Shown piece after piece: positions 35,501 through 45,059 of a stretch of 64,000 nt of DNA. How positions within the stretch are numbered: position 1 is the stretch's first letter; each line of letters begins with the position of its first letter. The stretch lies in the NCBI GenBank assembly GCA_964460475.1, contig CAYWPP010000001.1, forward strand, positions 62,616-126,615, in the 5' to 3' direction. Below the pieces are notes generated by a model, which saw nothing but the letters and a program-made list of their open reading frames with translations, had not been told where the DNA came from and ran no database searches. Origin of the DNA: an uncultured Candidatus Peribacteria bacterium (GTDB lineage: Bacteria; Patescibacteriota; Gracilibacteria; Peribacterales; Peribacteraceae). Made by a program: the position numbers and the translations under genes.

Positions 35501-36670
35501 TTAAGCGTCCGTACCTCTTTTCTTCCGTAGAGCACGAAAGCCCGCGATCATGCCGGATGCAGTCATCAGGCCGAGGATACCGACGCCGGTATCGGGCAGC
35601 GCGATGGAGCGTGAGATGCCCGCCGAAGCGTTTCCCACAAGGTCCACCGCCTTCACCATGACGCCGAACATACCGGGCGGCAGATTGTCGTACTGGCGGG
35701 AGAGTTCGTTCTTCTCGTTCCTCGCTTCCGGCGAATCGGTGCCGTTGACCGTGGAACCGAGCGCGTAGTGCGACAAGTCGTTCTGCGTGTCCGCGCTTCC
35801 GTCCCACTGGGCCGTGACACGGTAACTCCCGTTCGGGAGCAGTGTTGAGCGAAGCGTGAGATTCGTCGCGTCTTCCGGAGGCGTCGTATCCTGCTTGTCG
35901 GGATTCGAGGTGTACGTTCCGTCGTCCGTGCCGCGCGGATGTCCGCGGAAGGCGATCGGCGTGGACGGCAGAAGTTCCGAACCGTCGGTCGCGATGATTC
36001 TGCCGATGGATGCGACGGTGTAGAGACTGTTTTCGTTCTGGGAATCGGTGATGAGGTTCAAAGCGTTCCCCTGTACGACGGCTTCACGTACCGTGAGGCG
36101 GCTGCCTGCGTCATCGAGGATGACGATACTTCCCGTTTCGACCGTTTGCTCCGGGCGCATGTCTTTCGTGAAGTATAACGAAATCTCCGTTACCGAAGTG
36201 GTGAGGGCGTGGGAGAGAACGAAAGGGGAGACGGCGGGAGAAGAGGCGGAAGACGATACGGAAGAAACCGACGATCCCGAGGAGGCGGTTTGTGCGGGAG
36301 GAACGACGACCGACGCTTCCTCCTCAAACGCTTCGCTTTCGTTGCCGTCCGCATCAACCGCAAGCACCGAGAAGTACAACGTCGTGCCGCGGTACGGAAC
36401 CGCAGGGAAGACGTAGGAAGGCTGAGCATTCGGCGTACTCTCGTAGTCATCGTAGTTTCCCTGATTTTCCAGAATCGACATGCGACTGAAGTAAATCCTG
36501 TAGAAAGCGATGTTCTCCGCCTGCACCGGATTCCACGAAACGGTAAGCCCGTCGTTTCCGTAGGATGCCGTAATGCCGTTCACGTTCGCAGGAACCGCGC
36601 TCTGCGCAAAGACATTGCCTGCGACCACGAAGCACGCGAGAACCGCGATGATGGTGATTTTTGTGCGCAT
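35501..36670 (-). CDS. LPXTG-anchored surface protein with an FN3-like N-terminal domain
   Basis: Signal peptide. The C-terminal sorting signal is LPDTG, then the hydrophobic VGILGLMTASGMIAGF, then RALRKKRG. Confidence 0.8.
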   Translation of the reverse strand: MRTKITIIAVLACFVVAGNVFAQSAVPANVNGITASYGNDGLTVSWNPVQAENIAFYRIYFSRMSILENQGNYDDYESTPNAQPSYVFPAVPYRGTTLYFSVLAVDADGNESEAFEEEASVVVPPAQTASSGSSVSSVSSSASSPAVSPFVLSHALTTSVTEISLYFTKDMRPEQTVETGSIVILDDAGSRLTVREAVVQGNALNLITDSQNENSLYTVASIGRIIATDGSELLPSTPIAFRGHPRGTDDGTYTSNPDKQDTTPPEDATNLTLRSTLLPNGSYRVTAQWDGSADTQNDLSHYALGSTVNGTDSPEARNEKNELSRQYDNLPPGMFGVMVKAVDLVGNASAGISRSIALPDTGVGILGLMTASGMIAGFRALRKKRGTDA

Positions 36671-36678
36671 TTCTCCTT

Positions 36679-36707
36679 ATTATAGCAAAATTCCCTCTTT
36701 TTTACAA
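36679..36707 (-). promoter_or_regulatory. Near-consensus promoter of the LPXTG-protein gene
   Basis: On the minus strand, TTGTAA-17 nt-(TGc)TATAAT, then only 8 nt (AAGGAGAA) to the ATG at 36670. Confidence 0.5.
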
Positions 36708-36714
36708 TCACACT

Positions 36715-38190
36715 CTAACGCAGAAGCAAGCGGTCCAGGCGCACAGAGAGGCCAAGGAGGAGCATGACGGGCGCCGCCAGGGCGAGCCCGGCGACCGTGC
36801 GCACTTCTCCGGCGAGGAACGGTGCCGACATCCATAATGACAGAAAGAGGAGCAAGGCGAAGGCCGCCAACCTGCACACATCTGAAGCGCGTACCAAGGT
36901 CACGATCTGCGAGAAGCCGCTTGCGAGGAAGAGCGCCACGAGCAATCCGTGCACGATCGCGGAGGTGACGGCGGCTCCGACGAATCCGAACGAAGGGATG
37001 AGCATCAGATTGATTCCCACGGAAACGGCTCCTCCGAAGAGCATGACGCCCACCAACCTGCGCCACTCGTGCCGCAACAGGAGCAGGTAGAAGTAGAAGA
37101 GAATGATACCGTTGCAGAGGAGCGGGAAACTGAGGATGCGCAGAGCCGTATCCGATCCGGGTCGAGCGGCGGTGCTGAGGTATGCGCCCGTCGTCATGAG
37201 CTCGATGAGCGGCCGCGACCACAGCAAGGCAAACAGTGACGAAACGATACCGAGCAGGAGAATCATGAGAAGCGTCTTTCGCAGCAGGTGACGTCCCTCT
37301 TCCCCGTGGATGAGGGGCAAAACGGAATTGAGCAGGAACGTCGGCAACAGAAAGCCCATGTCCATCATGCGCACGACGAAGCCGTAGTAGGCGTTCTGCA
37401 GCTCGAAATCCGGGCGGAGCAGCGCAATGAGCGTCACGTCGAACTGCCGGTAGAGCGCCATGCACAGGAACGCGAGTCCGTAGGGAAGCGCGCGCTTTGC
37501 GATCGTTACCATCATGTCTTTCTCCCATCGGGGACGAATACGGATCAAGGTGTTTCCGATGACGAACGAGATGAGGAACAGCACGAACGCGCCAACCCCG
37601 CCAATGAACAAGAACAAGTGGTAGATATGCAGATCGTTCGAACCGCGGATGCCCGCCGCGATGAAGAGCCCGATGAGGGTTACGGTGAGGATGCGTTGCG
37701 TGACTTCGGCAAGAAAGACGTAGTGCATGCGATAGGTCACCTGGAACACGACGCGGACCATGCCCGCGAGAAGCGTGAAGAACGGAACGAGCGCGGCAAT
37801 GGTGATGCCGAGCGGCAGAGGCGTTCCCCTCCAGGCAGGGAGCAACCATGCGAACGCCAGCGCCGTCACGAGTGAGAGCACGAGGATGAGGGAGCGAAGG
37901 ACGAGCAGAGCGCCGAGCACGCGTTCGCGAACCGCTTCTTGCCGCATTTCATTCACGGCCACGGCGTAGAGTCCGAAGTCCGCGAGAATACCGAAGAGCT
38001 GCAGGTAGCCGTAGGCGGAGTTGTAGTTCCCGGCCAGCTCCTTCGTGAGTCCGATTGCCACGAACTTCACCGTGAGGATCGACAGCGCCGCCATGGTGAT
38101 CTGGCTTGCCAGCTGCCAGAGCGTGGAACCGGCGATCAGGCGGAACGACATGACGACAGTGTAGAGCATCTTCCGCCGGTTCTTTGCCAT
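36715..38190 (-). CDS. Polysaccharide/oligosaccharide flippase (MOP superfamily, Wzx-like)
   Basis: About 12-14 TM helices. N-terminal pattern is SFRLIAGSTLWQLASQITMAALSILTVKFVAIGLTKELAGNYNSAY. The ORF track extends to 38262. Confidence 0.75.
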   Translation of the reverse strand: MAKNRRKMLYTVVMSFRLIAGSTLWQLASQITMAALSILTVKFVAIGLTKELAGNYNSAYGYLQLFGILADFGLYAVAVNEMRQEAVRERVLGALLVLRSLILVLSLVTALAFAWLLPAWRGTPLPLGITIAALVPFFTLLAGMVRVVFQVTYRMHYVFLAEVTQRILTVTLIGLFIAAGIRGSNDLHIYHLFLFIGGVGAFVLFLISFVIGNTLIRIRPRWEKDMMVTIAKRALPYGLAFLCMALYRQFDVTLIALLRPDFELQNAYYGFVVRMMDMGFLLPTFLLNSVLPLIHGEEGRHLLRKTLLMILLLGIVSSLFALLWSRPLIELMTTGAYLSTAARPGSDTALRILSFPLLCNGIILFYFYLLLLRHEWRRLVGVMLFGGAVSVGINLMLIPSFGFVGAAVTSAIVHGLLVALFLASGFSQIVTLVRASDVCRLAAFALLLFLSLWMSAPFLAGEVRTVAGLALAAPVMLLLGLSVRLDRLLLR

Positions 38191-38228
38191 GGCAGGATTC
38201 ACGGAATGCGGTATACTACGCCGGACGC

Positions 38229-39146
38229 ATGCCTGCCTCATTCCAGCACCTCGTCTCGACAAAGCAGCTCACCCGCGTTGATACCGACATCATTCTCCGT
38301 ATCAGTCGCCAGATGGAAGACGTGCTCAAGAGCGGCGGTGATTCGCTGCTTGCCGGAAAGATGCTCGCCTCCCTTTTCTACGAGCCGAGCACGCGCACAC
38401 GTCTCAGTTTTGAGGCCGCCATGCAGAGGCTCGGCGGGACGGTGATTACCGCGGACGGCCTGCAATTCAGCTCGATGTACAAAGGCGAAACGATCGAAGA
38501 TACGATCATCGTGGCGGGGCAGTACGCGGACATCATCTGCATGCGCCATCCGGAGGAGGGCAGCGCGCAGCGTGCCGCGGATGCCAGCATTGTGCCGTTC
38601 ATCAATGCCGGAGACGGCCCCGGCCAGCATCCCACGCAAGCCCTTCTGGACCTCTACACCATCGAGAAGGAACGGGGAACGCTCGACGGCATCCACATCG
38701 CGATGGTCGGCGACTTGCGTTACGGCCGTACGGTTCACTCCTTAAGCTTCCTCCTCGGACTCTACAAAAACACGCGCTTCACGCTCGTGTCACCCGCGGA
38801 ACTCACGATGCCGGAGAAAGTAACGTCATTCTTCCGCGAGAAGAATATTCCCTTTACGGAGACCGACGACATCGGCGAAGGTTTGAAGGCGGACGTGCTC
38901 TACATGACGCGCGTGCAGAAGGAGCGCTTCGCCGACCCCGCCCAGTACGAGGCGCTTAAACTTCGCTACGTTCTGAATGCCGACATGGTCGGCGGCAAAC
39001 CGGTGACGGTGCTGCATCCCCTCCCGCGCGTCGGAGAGATCGCCACCGACGTCGACGCACTCAAGAATGCCGCCTACTTCCGTCAGGTGAGGAACGGCGT
39101 CATCGTCCGCATGGCGCTTCTGGCTCTTCTGCTCGGCAAAGTATAA
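38229..39146 (+). CDS. pyrB: Aspartate carbamoyltransferase catalytic subunit
   Basis: STRTR, HPTQ and HPLPR motifs. The ORF track extends to 38184. Confidence 0.94.
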   Translation: MPASFQHLVSTKQLTRVDTDIILRISRQMEDVLKSGGDSLLAGKMLASLFYEPSTRTRLSFEAAMQRLGGTVITADGLQFSSMYKGETIEDTIIVAGQYADIICMRHPEEGSAQRAADASIVPFINAGDGPGQHPTQALLDLYTIEKERGTLDGIHIAMVGDLRYGRTVHSLSFLLGLYKNTRFTLVSPAELTMPEKVTSFFREKNIPFTETDDIGEGLKADVLYMTRVQKERFADPAQYEALKLRYVLNADMVGGKPVTVLHPLPRVGEIATDVDALKNAAYFRQVRNGVIVRMALLALLLGKV

Positions 39147-39153
39147 TCATTGC

Positions 39154-40458
39154 ATGGCTCGCACTCTTTTCCGCGACGGCTCCATCGTCACGGCTTCTTC
39201 CATTAAGAAGAAGGACGTGATGGTTGACGATGGCGTTATCAGGTTCAATGTGTCGGATGCGGATCAGACTGTCGATGCTTCCGAGAAACTTCTCTTCCCC
39301 GGACTCATCGATTGCCACGTGCACTTCCGTGAGCCGGGACACGAGCACAAAGCGACGATGAAGACCGAAGCCGAAAGCGCGAAGCACGGCGGCGTCTTCA
39401 CCGTCTGCGAGATGCCGAATACGAATCCCCCGACCGTCACGGTCGCCGCCCTCGCCGATAAAGTTCGTCGCGCGGAAGCAATCAACGGCATCGACATGCG
39501 TTTCTTCTTCGGGATAACGCAGGAGATCCATCTGCAGGCTCTCACCGACCTATGGACCGGGAATAGCGAGGAACTGTTGCGCCTGCGCAAGTGCTGCTGC
39601 GGCGTGAAGATGTACCTGGAGCATTCCACCGGAAACCAGAAAATCGATCCCTCTCTTCTCGATGCCGCCTTCTCGCGCTGCGGCTCGCTCGGCATCCCCA
39701 TCGTGGCGCACTGCGAGGACGCCGAGTTGATCGCGGCAACAGGAGCCCGGATACAGCGCGAGGATATTGCGTCACATTCCGCTCGCCGGCCGCCGGAGGC
39801 GGAAGCGCTCGCCGTCCATCATGCGATTGAACTTGCGCGGAAGCACGAAGCACAGCTGCACGTCGCTCATGCATCCACGAAAGAAGCGATGGACCTCGTG
39901 AGGGAGGCGAAGAAAGATGATCTGCACGTTACGTGTGAAGTCGCCCCGCACCACCTCTTCCTCACCGTTGACGATTACGAGGCACACGGTACGTTCGTGA
40001 AGATGAATCCGCCACTCCGCACCTCAGACCATCAGGAAGCGCTGTGGGCCGGCATTGAGGATGGAACGGTGGACTGCATCGCCACGGATCATGCGCCGCA
40101 CACCATTGATGAAAAGAAGACCGACGATCCTCTCTCCGCACCGAGCGGCGTTCCGGGAGTGGAGACGATGCTGCCGCTCCTCCTCACGGTTGCGGCCGGC
40201 AAGTGGCCGGGCGAACAACTGCAACCTTCACCGTACCGTCTCTCTCTTTCGAAGATCATCCGTCTCTGCTTCGATGCCCCGAATGAAATTTTCTCACTCG
40301 GACGAAAGGGGATCGAAGAAGGTTCATCGACACCTATCGTCATCGTTGATCCGAAGAAGGAACGGACGATCGGCGCAGCCGCGTTACACAGCAAGTGCGG
40401 CTGGACGCCGTATGAGGGGTGGAAGGCTCTTGGGACAGCAGCCTTTACACCTCAATAA
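39154..40458 (+). CDS. pyrC: Dihydroorotase
   Basis: DCHVHFREPG metal-binding motif and an amidohydrolase fold. TATAAT lies 6 nt upstream of the ATG. Confidence 0.92.
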   Translation: MARTLFRDGSIVTASSIKKKDVMVDDGVIRFNVSDADQTVDASEKLLFPGLIDCHVHFREPGHEHKATMKTEAESAKHGGVFTVCEMPNTNPPTVTVAALADKVRRAEAINGIDMRFFFGITQEIHLQALTDLWTGNSEELLRLRKCCCGVKMYLEHSTGNQKIDPSLLDAAFSRCGSLGIPIVAHCEDAELIAATGARIQREDIASHSARRPPEAEALAVHHAIELARKHEAQLHVAHASTKEAMDLVREAKKDDLHVTCEVAPHHLFLTVDDYEAHGTFVKMNPPLRTSDHQEALWAGIEDGTVDCIATDHAPHTIDEKKTDDPLSAPSGVPGVETMLPLLLTVAAGKWPGEQLQPSPYRLSLSKIIRLCFDAPNEIFSLGRKGIEEGSSTPIVIVDPKKERTIGAAALHSKCGWTPYEGWKALGTAAFTPQ

Positions 40459-42349
40459 TCACCGGCACGATCATCGGCTCGCGATCGAGCTTATTCCGGA
40501 AGAACCGGAACAGCGCCGACGTAATGGCGCGCTTCAACTCCTTGATGGACTGCTCGCCTTTCGAGTGACTGTCTTCGTACGCCTTTCTCGCCGCGCGCAC
40601 CACTTCCTGCGTGATGGTCTGCTGCTCGGAGCCGTAGAAGAGTCCGCGTGAGAGCACGAGCGGATCACCGACGAGCCGTTTTGATTCGGCGTACGCCTTC
40701 ATGGTGACGAGGATCATGCCAGCGTTGCTCATGATGCGCCGTTCATCGAGCAGGCGTTGCCCGTCACCGCCCTGTCCGCGACCATCGATGATGATGTCGT
40801 TGGCGGCCAGCTTGTGTTTCGATCTCCGTGCACCGCCCTGTCCGTCGAATTCGAGGATCTCCCCGTTCACGAGCAGGTGGATACGGTTCTCTTCATACCC
40901 GATGCTGCGTGCGAGATCCGCGTGCGCCGCGCGCATGTGCGGTTCGCCGTGTTCGGGAATGATGTGCTTCGCGCGCACCAGACGATGCATGAGCAGAATA
41001 TCGTTCTGATACCCGTGTCCCGTCGTATGCAGCGCGAGCTCCTGGTTCGTGAGCACGTGAGCGCCGAGCATGTGCAGGTTGTTCACCACCTTCGCGACCG
41101 CGCGCTCGTTCCCGATGATCGGGTTGCTGCTGAGAATCACGCTGTCTCCTTTCTTGATGGAGATATGACGGTGCGTGCCGAGACCCATGCGGGCGAGTCC
41201 GGCTCGTTCCTCCCCCTGTGATCCCGTGGTGAGGATGAGCACCTCGCGGTCGGGGAGCTTTTCCATGCCGGGCCCCGCTTTGCGGATGAGTCCGCGCGGT
41301 GCCTTGATGTAGCCGAGATTCGCGGCGATTTCGATGTTTTGTTCCATGGATCGTCCAACGACGAAGACCTTTCTGTTGAGCGTCTTCGCATGTTCGATTA
41401 CCTGCTGCAATCTGTTGAGCAGCGAGCTGAAGGTCGAGATGATGAGTCGTCCCTTGGCGTCGCGCATCAACGGGAAGAGCGTTTCGGAAATCGCTTTCTC
41501 GGAGAGGGCGTTTCCTTTCTTCGTCGCATTCGTGGAGTCGGCGATGATCGCAAGGACGCCCTTGTCGCCGAGTTCGGCAAGACGCTGAAAGTCGGCGGGC
41601 GGTTCGTTCATGGGCGTCAGATCGAACTTGAAGTCGCCCGTGTGGATGAGAGTGCCGTAGGGCGTATGAAGCGCAATGGCAGCCGAGTCCGGAATACTGT
41701 GCGTCACGCGCAGGAATTCCACTTCCACTTTGCCGATGCGAACCGGCTTCTTGTAATCGACCACGTTCAAGGTGGTTTTGCTCGTGAGCTTCTCTTCGTC
41801 GAGGCGCTTGCGCACGAATGCCATGGTCAACTTGGTGCCGTAGCACGGCGGAAAACGCAGTTGGCCGATCACGTGCTGCACGGCGCCGATGTGATCCAAG
41901 TGACCGTGTGTAAAGAGAATCGCCTTGATGCGATGCTCGCGTCCCTTGAGCGAGGAGAAGTCCGGAATCAGATAGTCGATGCCGAGCATCGATTCCTCCG
42001 GGAACTGCAACCCGATGTCGATGATGTAGAGATCTCCGTCGACGTCGATGACCATGCAGTTTCTGCCGACCTCTTCAAATCCGCCGAGCGGATAGATCTT
42101 CAATCCGCCTTTTGCGAACACCGTCGGCTGCCCTTGCGATTGCGGGGCTGTGCCCAGGGATCGCGGCTGGCTTGGGGAATTTCTGTTTCTTCCGCCGCGT
42201 CTGCGCCTGCGACGTTTGTTACCGCCCTGCGTGCCCGTACTTTGAACAGGCGAAGAAGGCGGGGTTTGTGGCGAGGGTTTCTCACCATGAGTTTCGTTCG
42301 TGGCTTCCTGCGCCATGCGCTCCTTCAGCCACTGCTGTACCGATTTCAT
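40445..42349 (-). CDS. rnj: Ribonuclease J (beta-CASP MBL) with an Arg-rich N-terminal extension
   Basis: THGHLDHIGA, a beta-CASP region, and an N-terminal low-complexity tail of about 70 aa containing KRRRRRRGGRNR. Confidence 0.9.
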   Translation of the reverse strand: MKSVQQWLKERMAQEATNETHGEKPSPQTPPSSPVQSTGTQGGNKRRRRRRGGRNRNSPSQPRSLGTAPQSQGQPTVFAKGGLKIYPLGGFEEVGRNCMVIDVDGDLYIIDIGLQFPEESMLGIDYLIPDFSSLKGREHRIKAILFTHGHLDHIGAVQHVIGQLRFPPCYGTKLTMAFVRKRLDEEKLTSKTTLNVVDYKKPVRIGKVEVEFLRVTHSIPDSAAIALHTPYGTLIHTGDFKFDLTPMNEPPADFQRLAELGDKGVLAIIADSTNATKKGNALSEKAISETLFPLMRDAKGRLIISTFSSLLNRLQQVIEHAKTLNRKVFVVGRSMEQNIEIAANLGYIKAPRGLIRKAGPGMEKLPDREVLILTTGSQGEERAGLARMGLGTHRHISIKKGDSVILSSNPIIGNERAVAKVVNNLHMLGAHVLTNQELALHTTGHGYQNDILLMHRLVRAKHIIPEHGEPHMRAAHADLARSIGYEENRIHLLVNGEILEFDGQGGARRSKHKLAANDIIIDGRGQGGDGQRLLDERRIMSNAGMILVTMKAYAESKRLVGDPLVLSRGLFYGSEQQTITQEVVRAARKAYEDSHSKGEQSIKELKRAITSALFRFFRNKLDREPMIVPVIIEV

Positions 42350-42620
42350 TTTCTTTCTTTGAATGGAATAAAATACCGAATGAATACTTCGATGCCTTCA
42401 GTGTATACCTCTGAGGAATTCTTGGCAAGTTGTTCTTTGTAATATGATTGTTTTTTTGGCTTAAAATAAACAAATTTTTACTTTCATTTTTTGTATTTTG
42501 CCTCGTCGGCACTCTCCGTTTCCCCTCGCTCGACTGCCGAATGCCGACGGATCGGCGGCGGCTCCGTGGCTCGAACTTTTCTTGCCGCGGAGCGGCGTTA
42601 CGTGTAGCGTTTCCTCCTGT

Positions 42621-44594
42621 ATGACGACCGACGTCGCGACAGGACGAACCAAAGCACATGCGGGAACTGATCTTGTTCCGGTCGTTCTTGGTGAGAAAAA
42701 GGGCGAGAGAGTCTTCCTCCTCCTCCACACCGAGGGAAAGGATGCGGGAAAGGACACACTGAAGGATGAGTCCGAAACGATTCTGAAGCACGCCGTTCTC
42801 GATGCCGAAGGTGATGCATATACCCGCATGGAGGGCGCTCTCAAGGAACTGAACGGCCTCTTCAAGGGCATGCTGTTCGGAGGCTCCGTCAAAGACATTC
42901 ATGCGATCGTGGGTGTTCTTGAGCAAGACGGCATGTTGCACCTGTCGCACGCCGGTCGCGCGGAAGCGTACCTGATCCGCGACGGGTCCGCGGCGCAGAT
43001 CACGGAATTTTCACGCGGCAAGCCGACGCCCAACTTCGTGCACATCGCAAGCGGCCCGCTTCAGTCGCGTGACCATGTGATTCTCTCGACCCAACGACTG
43101 CTCCGCACCGTGACCCCCGCGCAGCTTTCGCAGATCGTCCAACGCGGCGGCAATGTGCTCAAGGACATCACGGGAGAACTGGAGAGCGAAAAGGAGGAGG
43201 CCTGCCTCATCCACCTTGCGGTCGAGGGTGAAGCACCCGAGCTTCTGCCCAAGGAAAAACCGTCATCGAGAAAGTCTTTCCCGCGCGGCGGTCGCCGTGG
43301 GGATCGCGCGGGCGCGAAGCTCCCGACCTGGGTCCGCGACCTTTCGCTGCCAAGCCTCTCAGCCTTCTCGCTGCCGAAGCTTTCCTCCGGAAAGCGGGGC
43401 GCGGGAATGCTTTCTTCTGCCAGGGAGAGGATCGGCGAATTCCTCTCGGACCTTCGTGACCCGAAGCGCAAGCGACGCGCACACCTCTTCCTGCTTGCTG
43501 GAGCCGCCGGCATCTTCGTGGTGTTCTGGGTATTCATCCAGCTTTCCCTGGTGAGCAGCAAGAGACAGTCGCGCGAGGAGCTTGCCCAGCTCGTGGAACT
43601 CATTAATACGGACCTGCAGACGGCGGAGAACCGCCAGCTGACGGGCGACGTGGACAGCGCGAATGCCATTCTGCAGCGTGCGGAAGATCGCGCTCGACAG
43701 GTCATGAACAACGAGAGCGGCCTGTACCGCGGAGAAGCGCTCGACCTTCTGGATCGCATCAGGCTCAAACAGGAAGACATCAACAACATCGTCCGCATTC
43801 CGCCGCGGCTCATCGTCAATCTGAGCGCGAAGAACCCCGACATCGTGACCGAGGGCCTCATGGCCATCGGCAACGGGGAGTTCATCGTGTACGACAAGCA
43901 GGACCTGTACCGCGTGCTGCTCAATACCCTCAATGATCCGGATCGCCTCAGTTCCGACGAACTGATTGAGGACGGCGTCGCGTTCCCCCGCTTTCAGACG
44001 CGCGTCTTCATGACCACCGATAATAATCTGATCGAGCAGATTAACGGGCAGCCCGTTTCCATGAAGACCGAAGACCCGGCCGGATGGATTCCTTCCGTCG
44101 ATATGCAGACGTACTTGAGCTACCTCTACCTGCTCTCACCCGACAGGAATCAGATCTTCAAGTATGAGCGTCTTGCCAATCGGTACGGACCGGCGGCCGA
44201 GTACAACGTGAACGGCAACCTGGAAGGAGGTCTCGACATGACCATCGACGGCGCGGTGTACGTCCTGAAAGAGGGCGGGAGCGTCGTCAAGCTCTTCCGC
44301 GGCGAAGAACAATCTTTCACCATCCGCAACCTCCCCGAAGGCGCGCTGAGCGACGCGACGAAGATCTTCAAGTCTTCCCCGACGGGTAACATCTACTTCC
44401 TCGATCCCGTGAACGCCAGCGTGGTCGTCGCGACGAATGACGGCGATCTTGGCGAATCCTCCTACGTCCGCCGCTACGTGCTGGAATCCGAACAGGTGGG
44501 CACGCTCGTGGATCTCTATGTGGATCCCGACAATACGCGCCTGTACGTTCTTGATGAGAAGAGGCTCTACGCCATTGATCTGCAGGCTCGCTAA
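42621..44594 (+). CDS. Membrane protein: cytoplasmic PP2C-like domain, one TM helix, large extracytoplasmic domain (possible beta-propeller)
   Basis: The segment IHAIVGVLEQDGMLHLSHAGRAEAYLIRDGSAAQIT resembles PPM/SpoIIE folds. TM is LFLLAGAAGIFVVFWVFIQLSLV. The ORF track extends to 42498. Confidence 0.6.
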   Translation: MTTDVATGRTKAHAGTDLVPVVLGEKKGERVFLLLHTEGKDAGKDTLKDESETILKHAVLDAEGDAYTRMEGALKELNGLFKGMLFGGSVKDIHAIVGVLEQDGMLHLSHAGRAEAYLIRDGSAAQITEFSRGKPTPNFVHIASGPLQSRDHVILSTQRLLRTVTPAQLSQIVQRGGNVLKDITGELESEKEEACLIHLAVEGEAPELLPKEKPSSRKSFPRGGRRGDRAGAKLPTWVRDLSLPSLSAFSLPKLSSGKRGAGMLSSARERIGEFLSDLRDPKRKRRAHLFLLAGAAGIFVVFWVFIQLSLVSSKRQSREELAQLVELINTDLQTAENRQLTGDVDSANAILQRAEDRARQVMNNESGLYRGEALDLLDRIRLKQEDINNIVRIPPRLIVNLSAKNPDIVTEGLMAIGNGEFIVYDKQDLYRVLLNTLNDPDRLSSDELIEDGVAFPRFQTRVFMTTDNNLIEQINGQPVSMKTEDPAGWIPSVDMQTYLSYLYLLSPDRNQIFKYERLANRYGPAAEYNVNGNLEGGLDMTIDGAVYVLKEGGSVVKLFRGEEQSFTIRNLPEGALSDATKIFKSSPTGNIYFLDPVNASVVVATNDGDLGESSYVRRYVLESEQVGTLVDLYVDPDNTRLYVLDEKRLYAIDLQAR

Positions 44595-44627
44595 AAGAAC
44601 GCGCGCGAATCCGTGTATCATCCGCGC

Positions 44628-45008
44628 ATGAACGTCATGGTATTCGGCACGTTCGACCTTCTTCACGAAGGTCATCGTTTCCTTCTCTCGCACGCCGCGG
44701 AACACGGTGATCTTACGGTCGTCGTGGCGCGCTCCGCGCACGTGCTGAGCATCAAACAGAGAGCCCCGGTGCAATCGGAGGAAGAAAGGATGCATGCCGT
44801 TCGTGCGGCTTTTCCCTCCGCCACGGTACTCCTTGGGGACGAGAGTGACTTTCTGCGCCCCGTTCGGGAGACGCAACCGGATCTCATCGTCTTCGGCTAC
44901 GACCAACGGCTGCCGCCCGGAGTCTCCTTCGGAGATTTCACATGCTTCCTGGAACGTTTGCCGGCACATCATCCCACGATCTTCAAGAGCAGCCTGATGC
45001 GCTCGTAA
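44628..45008 (+). CDS. Cytidylyltransferase-like (HxGH) nucleotidyltransferase, FAD synthase/RibL-like
   Basis: GTFDLLHEGH motif. TATCAT lies 6 nt upstream of the ATG. Confidence 0.75.
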   Translation: MNVMVFGTFDLLHEGHRFLLSHAAEHGDLTVVVARSAHVLSIKQRAPVQSEEERMHAVRAAFPSATVLLGDESDFLRPVRETQPDLIVFGYDQRLPPGVSFGDFTCFLERLPAHHPTIFKSSLMRS

Positions 45009-45059
45009 GCGAATGACACATTGTGTTCCGGTCTTTGCATTCAGTATGCTTGGCGCGCT

